This document shows positions 1 to 5,967 of a stretch of DNA of 11,645 nt, piece after piece. The DNA is from Nitrospira japonica (GTDB taxonomy: Bacteria > Nitrospirota > Thermodesulfovibrionia > Thermodesulfovibrionales > SM23-35). The position numbers were made by a program, and so were the translations under genes. The stretch spans positions 1 to 11,645 of the forward strand of contig DYFC01000068.1 of the NCBI GenBank assembly GCA_020725385.1. Reading direction: 5' to 3'. The notes beneath the pieces were generated by a model. The model saw only the letters and a list, made by a program, of their open reading frames with translations, was not told where the DNA came from and ran no database searches. The first letter of the stretch is position 1; each line of letters begins with the position of its first letter.

Positions 1-1
1 A

Positions 2-118
2 AATATTACTAAGCTACAAAATAAACTTATGGGATTGGTTACATCAAAAAACAATATAAAAAAGAAAGGTAATTTCGTTTATAATTTTAATGAGGCAACA
101 GAGAAACTTTTCGTTTAG
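2..118 (+). CDS. Possible 3' end of an upstream gene (partial, unidentified)
   Basis: Frame open from the window edge to TAG at 116-118 (NITKLQNKLMGLVTSKNNIKKKGNFVYNFNEATEKLFV*). No recognisable motif; another frame (stop at 57-59) is also possible. Confidence 0.25.
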   Translation, partial: NITKLQNKLMGLVTSKNNIKKKGNFVYNFNEATEKLFV

Positions 119-138
119 ATTTTTATGTGAGGCAACAG
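73..138. repeat. Two-copy imperfect direct repeat, ~29-30 bp unit, period 36-37 bp
   Basis: TTTCGTTTA(73-81)-N9-TGAGGCAACAG(91-101) and TTTCGTTTA(109-117)-N10-TGAGGCAACAG(128-138). Confidence 0.8.
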
Positions 139-223
139 GATCACCGAATTTGAACATAAAATATTTATAAAACACGGTTAATCAACTCAAAATATGCTAA
201 ACTTTTTTATAGGAGTTGCAAAT

Positions 224-652
224 ATGGTTATCGAGGATTCTATAATCATTAAATCCAGTATTGAAAAAGTATGGAACACATTTATAGATATTACGTGCTG
301 GGAGGGATGGAATTCTGTTATCAGTAATGTAAAATGCAAAGAAAAATGTCTGATTAACAGCCAAACTATGAAATGCACATTCCGTCCTTTTTATTTTCCC
401 ATTAATGTTGATATTTTTATAAATGAAGTTAAAGAGAAAGAAAAAGTTGTATGGACTGCAAATAAAAAAGGACTGAAAGCTTACCATGAATTCTTCTTTA
501 AAAAAAGTGAAGATGGAGTTAAAGTTATAAGCAGGGAAAAATTTACAGGAGTTCTTTCTGCTGGCTCAGGGTTATTTCTTCCTGTAAAAAAAATGAAAAA
601 TTTGACAAGAATTTTTTTAAATGACCTAAAGAAAGCTGTGGAAGGAGGTTAA
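224..652 (+). CDS. SRPBCC (START/polyketide cyclase-like) family protein
   Basis: N-terminal 'IEDSIIIKSSIEKVWNTFIDITCWEGWN' pattern and C-terminal helix 'FLNDLKKAVE' are typical of SRPBCC. AGGAG at 211-215 lies 8 nt before ATG 224, favouring it over ATG 194. Confidence 0.8.
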   Translation: MVIEDSIIIKSSIEKVWNTFIDITCWEGWNSVISNVKCKEKCLINSQTMKCTFRPFYFPINVDIFINEVKEKEKVVWTANKKGLKAYHEFFFKKSEDGVKVISREKFTGVLSAGSGLFLPVKKMKNLTRIFLNDLKKAVEGG

Positions 653-656
653 GGCA

Positions 657-1025
657 ATGAATATCAGAATCACCATAAAAGATTTAAGCCTCAAAGCAAT
701 TTTAAACAATACAAAAACTGCAAAGGCTATTTTTAATTCTTTGCCTATAGAAGCAATCCCCGAAAGATGGGGGGATGAATTTTACTTTGATATACCTGTT
801 GAGATGCCTCTGGATGAAACAGCTACAACAAAGGTAAAAGCCGGTGATATCGGATACTGGCCTCCTGGAAATGCTCTTGCAATATTTTTTGGTCCAACGC
901 CTATCAGTAGTGGAGAAGACCCTGTGCCTGCAAGTGATGTGAATATTGTTGGAAAGGTATTGGATGATGCAACTGTCTTTAAAACAATCAAAGGTACATG
1001 TAAGATAAGGATAGATAAAGATTAA
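657..1025 (+). CDS. Cyclophilin-like fold protein (TM1367/AF2241-like, DUF369 type)
   Basis: Motifs 'NTKTAKAIFNSLP', 'RWGDEFYF', 'GDIGYWPPGNALAIFFGPTP', 'PASDVNIVGKV'; SD GGAGGT at 644-649. Confidence 0.85.
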   Translation: MNIRITIKDLSLKAILNNTKTAKAIFNSLPIEAIPERWGDEFYFDIPVEMPLDETATTKVKAGDIGYWPPGNALAIFFGPTPISSGEDPVPASDVNIVGKVLDDATVFKTIKGTCKIRIDKD

Positions 1026-2884
1026 ATGTTATTTTTTGATGAATTGTAAATATTTAATACTTTGTTAATAATGGCATTAGAAGATATTTCTTCGTAATCG
1101 AGTAATTCCTGTGATTTTCCACTTTTAGGCAATTTTCTTACAGCAAGAATATGAACAGCTATATTTATATCACTTAATGTAGAACATACTGCCTCACCAA
1201 TTCCGCCTTCTGGATAATGGTCCTCGACAGTTATAATTATTTTTGTCCCTTTAATAGCATCAAGAAACGCTGTCTTTTCTATTGGTTTTATAGAGTAAAG
1301 GTCTATAACTCTTATTGAAATTCCTTTTGAAATCAGTTTTTCATATGCTTTTAATGCTTCATGAACTGTAATCCCAGCACCAATAACCGATAGAAAATCA
1401 TTTTCACTATTTCGGAGTATTTTACAGGAACCGGGTGGAAATGATTCAGCATTACTGTAAATAATTGGAGTTTCATTTCTTGTTGTTCTAATATAAACAA
1501 TGCCTTTATGTGTTGCTGCTTCCCTTACAATTTTTATGGTTGAAATAGCATCTGAAGGATAAAATACAACACTACCCGGGATAGTTCTAAACATGGAAAT
1601 ATCTTCAAGCCCCATTTGTGAGGAGCCATCCTCACCAATTGAAACTCCTGCATGAGAACCACAGAATTTAATGTTTGCTTCAGAATGACGGCTCATTCTT
1701 ATCTGGTCGAAAGCCCTTGTTAAGAAAGCAGCAAAAGTTGAAACAAAAGGTACTTTTCCGCGTCTGCTGAGACCTAATGCTACTCCTGCCATATTTTGTT
1801 CTGTAATGAACATCTCAAAAAATCGGTCAGGATATTTTTCTTTAAAAATTTCAGAAAATGTTGAATTGCTTACTTCGGCATCGAGCACGACCATATTCGG
1901 AAAATCTTTAAATATTTCTGCAAGCGCAATTCCGTATGCTTTTCTTGTTGCAATTGGCTTGTCAAAAGAAATAGGTGGCATATTTTTTTCTTTCAATTTA
2001 TCTAAAAGATATGGATAAGGATTTAGTTTTTCAGGTATAGAAATTTTGCCTTTTATATTTTTATCAATATCTCCAAGTTGAGATAGAATATTTTGAAGTT
2101 CCTGTTTGCCCGGTGGTTTGCCATGCCAGCCATTTTTATCCTCAAGCATTGAAATTCCTTTTCCTTTTATTGTTCGGGCGATTATCATAACAGGTTTTTC
2201 AATAGATTTAAGAGCTTTTTCATATGCGCGTAGAATATCTTTAAAATTATGGCCATCAATTAAAATGGTTTTCCATCCAAAAGAAGAAATCCTTTTTTCA
2301 TATGCTTGAAGATCATGTCCGTACATTGTCTCACCGCGTTGTCCGAGACGATTAACATCAATAATTCCAATTAAATTATTCAATTTGTAGTAAGCTGCTA
2401 TCTGGATTGCTTCCCATTGAGAGCCTTCGGACATCTCGCTATCTCCAAGTAAGACATAAGTCCTGTAAGGAAGTTTGTCTATATATTTGCCATTCAAAGC
2501 CATTCCAAGACCTATTGAAAGTCCCTGTCCGAGCGAGCCTGTTGCTGCCTCGGTATATTTAAAAGACATTGTGGGATGTCCTTCAAGAGGGCTACCAAAT
2601 TTTCTTAGAGTCATTAGTTCTTCTTCAGTTACCTTACCGGCAACAGTCCAGAGGGAATAGAGTAAAGGCGAAGCATGCCCCTTTGAAAAGATTAATCTGT
2701 CATTATTTGGATTATCGGGATTATCAGGATCAAATCTAAAAATACCTCCGAATAATAGCCCTGTCATTAAATCGGTTGCAGAAAGTGAAGATGTTGGGTG
2801 CCCGGAGCCAGCTTCAATAGTGGATGTAATTATGTAATATCGAATTAGTTTCGCAAGCTTTTCTAAATGTTCAATGTTATCCAT
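1022..2884 (-). CDS. tkt: Transketolase, single-chain, animal-like subtype
   Basis: 'SGHPTSSLS', 'SKGHASP', 'LEGHP', 'ATGSLGQG', ThDP motif 'GDSEMSEGSQWEA...DVNRLGQ', 'GWHGKP', 'EQNM', 'GEDGSSQMGLED', 'TVEDHY'. Start may be 2884 (MDNIEH) or 2905. Confidence 0.95.
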   Translation of the reverse strand: MDNIEHLEKLAKLIRYYIITSTIEAGSGHPTSSLSATDLMTGLLFGGIFRFDPDNPDNPNNDRLIFSKGHASPLLYSLWTVAGKVTEEELMTLRKFGSPLEGHPTMSFKYTEAATGSLGQGLSIGLGMALNGKYIDKLPYRTYVLLGDSEMSEGSQWEAIQIAAYYKLNNLIGIIDVNRLGQRGETMYGHDLQAYEKRISSFGWKTILIDGHNFKDILRAYEKALKSIEKPVMIIARTIKGKGISMLEDKNGWHGKPPGKQELQNILSQLGDIDKNIKGKISIPEKLNPYPYLLDKLKEKNMPPISFDKPIATRKAYGIALAEIFKDFPNMVVLDAEVSNSTFSEIFKEKYPDRFFEMFITEQNMAGVALGLSRRGKVPFVSTFAAFLTRAFDQIRMSRHSEANIKFCGSHAGVSIGEDGSSQMGLEDISMFRTIPGSVVFYPSDAISTIKIVREAATHKGIVYIRTTRNETPIIYSNAESFPPGSCKILRNSENDFLSVIGAGITVHEALKAYEKLISKGISIRVIDLYSIKPIEKTAFLDAIKGTKIIITVEDHYPEGGIGEAVCSTLSDINIAVHILAVRKLPKSGKSQELLDYEEISSNAIINKVLNIYNSSKNNI

Positions 2885-3056
2885 AACAATATTATGATAA
2901 AACATTTTTTTATTTTATTCATGTATTTTACATGTTGAATTTACTGGTATATTTGAATATTGATTTACTCTGAAGATCTAATTGAAATAATGCAGATATT
3001 GCGAGAAGATTTTTTTCGATATGTTAGTGTACGTTTAAAGATGATGTATTTTCGGG

Positions 3057-3085
3057 TTTACAAATAAGTATATTTCTTATATAAT
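3057..3085 (+). promoter_or_regulatory. Sigma70-type promoter for the RRM-rpsU unit
   Basis: TTTACA (3057-3062), 17-nt spacer, TATAAT (3080-3085); predicted start near 3092. Confidence 0.7.
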
Positions 3086-3112
3086 GTTGTTGAATCTTTA
3101 AAGTTGTGGCTT

Positions 3113-3150
3113 CCCCGGAGTCTTTAAAAGTCTCATGGGGTTTTATTATT
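3113..3150 (+). promoter_or_regulatory. Terminator-like hairpin with U-rich tail in the 5' leader of the RRM gene
   Basis: CCCCG(3113-3117)/TGGGG(3136-3140), GAG/CTC, CTT/AAG stem followed by TTTTATTATT (3141-3150); lies between the promoter and ATG 3175. Confidence 0.5.
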
Positions 3151-3174
3151 AATGAAAGGACAGAAGAGGCAAAC

Positions 3175-3516
3175 ATGGAGAAGAAAATTTATGTAGGAAA
3201 TTTGCCGTTTCAGGCAAAAGAAGAGGACATCCGGGAACTATTTTCAAAAAGCGGTGAAGTTGAGTCTGTAAAAATTATTACAGATATCAACACAGGTGCG
3301 CCGCGAGGATTCGGTTTTGTAGAAATGGCCACAAAAGAAGATGCCCAAAAAGCTATTCAGGCACTTAATGGTTCTATGTTTATGGATAGAAAACTAACCG
3401 TAAATGAAGCCAAACCAAGACCCCCAAGAGAAAGACGGAGTGGTACAGGTGGAGGAGGTAGCAGGCATGGGGGTGGATTCAGCAGGAAAAAAGATACAGG
3501 AAAGGGCTGGAGATAA
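3175..3516 (+). CDS. RRM (RNP-1) RNA-binding protein with Gly/Arg-rich tail
   Basis: RNP2 'IYVGNL', RNP1 'RGFGFVEM', 'LTVNEAKP', tail 'GTGGGGSRHGGGF'. GAGG at 3166-3169 supports ATG 3175 rather than GTG 3106. Confidence 0.93.
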   Translation: MEKKIYVGNLPFQAKEEDIRELFSKSGEVESVKIITDINTGAPRGFGFVEMATKEDAQKAIQALNGSMFMDRKLTVNEAKPRPPRERRSGTGGGGSRHGGGFSRKKDTGKGWR

Positions 3517-3522
3517 AATATT

Positions 3523-3714
3523 TTGGAGATAAAGGTACATGGAAATGATCTTGAAAAAGCCCTTAAATTATTAAAAAATAAACTTCAAAAGGAAGGACTT
3601 TTCAAAGAAATAAAACAGAGAAGTTACTTTGAAAAACCTTCTATAAAGGAAAAAAGGAAACAAAGGGAAGCAAGGAAGAAAAGGTCAAAGAATTTTAATC
3701 AAAGGCAGGCTTAA
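3523..3714 (+). CDS. rpsU: 30S ribosomal protein bS21
   Basis: 63 aa, very basic; 'LEKALK..K.KLQKEG', 'YFEKPS..EKRK..EARKK'. TTG start, GGAG at 3509-3512. Confidence 0.92.
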   Translation: MEIKVHGNDLEKALKLLKNKLQKEGLFKEIKQRSYFEKPSIKEKRKQREARKKRSKNFNQRQA

Positions 3715-3769
3715 AATTCATTAACTCAGAATATTCAAGCTGCTAAATGAAGAAGGGTGTTATTTTTAA

Positions 3770-4012
3770 TTAAACTAACTGCCATTTATCAAAGCCTTTT
3801 TTTCTTTTTTCAAGGTTTTTATTTTCAAGTTTAACTCTTGTTAAGATAGGGTGAGTTTTAACTGTAATAAATGCCCTTACAAGATTAGCTATTGTTGCTT
3901 CTTGAAAAGTAAGTTCTGTTCCATCTTTAAGAACAAGGGTTGTTCTTATATGCGTATGACCTTCTGGTATTTCGACTACAAGTTCACTTATTTCTTCATT
4001 ACGAATATTCAT
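3770..4012 (-). CDS. Small hypothetical protein (80 aa)
   Basis: AGGAG SD (complement of 4020-4024) 7 nt before ATG; fills the intergenic gap; globular composition with 'IPEGHTHIR', 'QEATIA', 'THP', 'WQL'. Confidence 0.8.
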   Translation of the reverse strand: MNIRNEEISELVVEIPEGHTHIRTTLVLKDGTELTFQEATIANLVRAFITVKTHPILTRVKLENKNLEKRKKGFDKWQLV

Positions 4013-4198
4013 TTAAATTCTCCTTTTTAACAGGAAATTATTAAAATTAACTATAATATTTTAAATAAGTAAAGAATGATTATAAATTCAATAATTGATA
4101 GGTTCCCTTTAGTTTATTGTTTCATAGTTGAATATATTTAATTTTCTCATTAAATTAATAATAACTTTTAACAATTATATTATTATTTAGGGGGAAAA

Positions 4199-5965
4199 AT
4201 GGGGAAGAAAACTGATAGGAGAAAATGGCGGCGTGAAATTCTTGAACCGCCTAAGTCAGGGATTATTTATCATGAAGCTAAAGGAAGAATTAAAAAAAAT
4301 ACAAATGAAGAAACTGATACAATTATTGTAAATGTCTTAAATATTAGTAAAAAAGGGGTCATGTTACAATCGCCTTTCAAGTTTAAAATAAATTCTCCAC
4401 TTGATATGAGGTTATGGCATCCAGCAAGAAAAATTTGGCTCTCTGTTAAAGGTCAAGTAAGATGGGTTAGAGCTGTGACTTCTCTTTCAGGATATTATTT
4501 TTCAGGTGTAGCTTTCTCTTCTGAAGATGATAAAGAAAATATCTGTAGTCCAGAAGATGATGCAAGAAGAAAAAAAATGTCACCGGATGACCTGGATTTT
4601 CTTCTTCATACAAGTTTTTTTAAATCTATACCTGATGAATCTATATGCCCTTTGTTAAATAGCCTTTCTTATTATTCTGCAAAAGCTGGCGAAAGAATTA
4701 TAGTGCAAGGCGAGATTGGCGATAAATTTTACATTATTCGTAAAGGTTCATGTATTGTTTCTCTTGAAAAAGAAGGGGTGCAGCACTCTGTGGCGCGTCT
4801 TATTGAAGGTGATATAGTTGGAGAAATGGCTGTTCTAACAGGTGAAAGAAGAACTACAAATGTAGATGCTGAAACTGATATAGAACTCTGGGGTATCAGT
4901 CGAGCACATTTTGATCTGCTTGCTGCTGATTATCCTGATATAAGGAATTTCCTAACTGAAATTATTACTCAACGTTTCGATACTACAAAGGTTACAGCGG
5001 ATAAGACTATAGGTAAATATGTTATAAGAGAAATTGCAGGCCATGGGGGATGGAGTATTGTTTACAAGGGTGTGCACAGTATTCTTAATTTTCCTGTAGC
5101 TATAAAGATGCTTAAACATAATATGGCAATGGATTCTGATTTCTTGGAGAAATTCAGGAACGAAGCAAAAACGATCGCAAAACTAAACCACAGGAATATT
5201 GTAAAAGTGTATGATATAGAAGAACTTTACAGAACAATTTTTATTGTTATGGAATATCTTGATGGTTATACTCTTGAATATAAGCTTGAACGCATGCCAA
5301 GATTAAAAAATGATGAAATCCTAAGCATATTTTATCAGATTTGTAAAGGACTTGAATTCGCTCATGAAAACGGTATTATCCATCAGGATATAAAACCGGC
5401 GAATATTTTTATAATGCCTGATGGCACTGTAAAAATAGTTGATTTCGGCCTTGCATGTAATCCGGGTAATATAGATTTTAATCTTCCAGGCACAGTATTT
5501 TATATGGCTCCAGAGCAGATACAAGGCAACCCTGTTGACGAAAGAACTGATATATATTCTCTTGGAATAATGTTTTATGAGATGCTTACCGGAGAAAGAC
5601 CTTTCCCTGAAGATAATATCTCTAATTTAATGGATCTGCATCTCGAAGAAGATATTCAAGATCCACGTCATATTGTTAATGATGTGCCTGAAAGTTTAAG
5701 CAGGATTGTGATGAGATGTTCGCGTAGGAACCCTGATGAAAGGTATAATAATATAAGTGAATTAATCGCAGAAATTAAACCTTTGATTGAAAATACAGGA
5801 ATCGAAGATCAAAAGGTTTTAAAAGAAAAAACAAACATGATAGGAATGTATTTATTCTATAAAGATGAACAACAAAACGCCTTAAATAAAATAATGGATA
5901 AATTCTATAACGAAATATCCGAGACAGGCATAGATGTTAAAATAGCTTATATTCAAGACATTTAA
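4199..5965 (+). CDS. Soluble Hanks-type Ser/Thr kinase with N-terminal PilZ and cyclic-nucleotide-binding domains
   Basis: PilZ aa ~6-107 (RRKWRR = RxxxR; NISKKG = [D/N]xSxxG; 'GQVRWV', 'GVAF'); cNMP aa ~134-259 ('QGEIGDKFYIIRKG', 'GEMAVLTGERRTTNV'); kinase aa ~274-529 (GHGGWSIV, VAIK, HQDIKPAN, DFG, GTVFYMAPE, DIYSLG). No TM segment. SD AGGGGG upstream. Confidence 0.9.
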   Translation: MGKKTDRRKWRREILEPPKSGIIYHEAKGRIKKNTNEETDTIIVNVLNISKKGVMLQSPFKFKINSPLDMRLWHPARKIWLSVKGQVRWVRAVTSLSGYYFSGVAFSSEDDKENICSPEDDARRKKMSPDDLDFLLHTSFFKSIPDESICPLLNSLSYYSAKAGERIIVQGEIGDKFYIIRKGSCIVSLEKEGVQHSVARLIEGDIVGEMAVLTGERRTTNVDAETDIELWGISRAHFDLLAADYPDIRNFLTEIITQRFDTTKVTADKTIGKYVIREIAGHGGWSIVYKGVHSILNFPVAIKMLKHNMAMDSDFLEKFRNEAKTIAKLNHRNIVKVYDIEELYRTIFIVMEYLDGYTLEYKLERMPRLKNDEILSIFYQICKGLEFAHENGIIHQDIKPANIFIMPDGTVKIVDFGLACNPGNIDFNLPGTVFYMAPEQIQGNPVDERTDIYSLGIMFYEMLTGERPFPEDNISNLMDLHLEEDIQDPRHIVNDVPESLSRIVMRCSRRNPDERYNNISELIAEIKPLIENTGIEDQKVLKEKTNMIGMYLFYKDEQQNALNKIMDKFYNEISETGIDVKIAYIQDI

Positions 5966-5967
5966 TT

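Noticed and set aside
73-138. Direct repeat as CRISPR array or integron attC
   Set aside because: Only two degenerate copies separated by 7 nt, no spacer-length gap, no cas or integrase gene, no attC-like inverted structure.
194-223. Longer SRPBCC start at ATG 194
   Set aside because: The SD lies inside this extension and fits ATG 224.
187-991. Minus-strand ORFs 187-378, 197-487, 782-991
   Set aside because: Antisense shadows of the SRPBCC and cyclophilin-like genes; no motifs.
1022-1025. Convergent stop codons sharing TTAA
   Set aside because: Common in compact AT-rich genomes; no further signal.
1806-2660. Plus-strand ORFs 1806-2018, 2106-2309, 2475-2660
   Set aside because: Antisense to the well-supported transketolase.
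3106-3174. GTG-start N-terminal extension of the RRM protein
   Set aside because: RRM domain begins at Met 3175 with its own SD; the extension overlaps the leader hairpin.
3715-3769. Terminator between rpsU and the convergent 80-aa gene
   Set aside because: Only weak AT-rich pairing; no convincing stem.
4013-4198. c-di-GMP riboswitch or ncRNA upstream of the kinase
   Set aside because: Extremely AT-rich with no recognisable GEMM stems or tetraloop/receptor; more simply a divergent promoter region.
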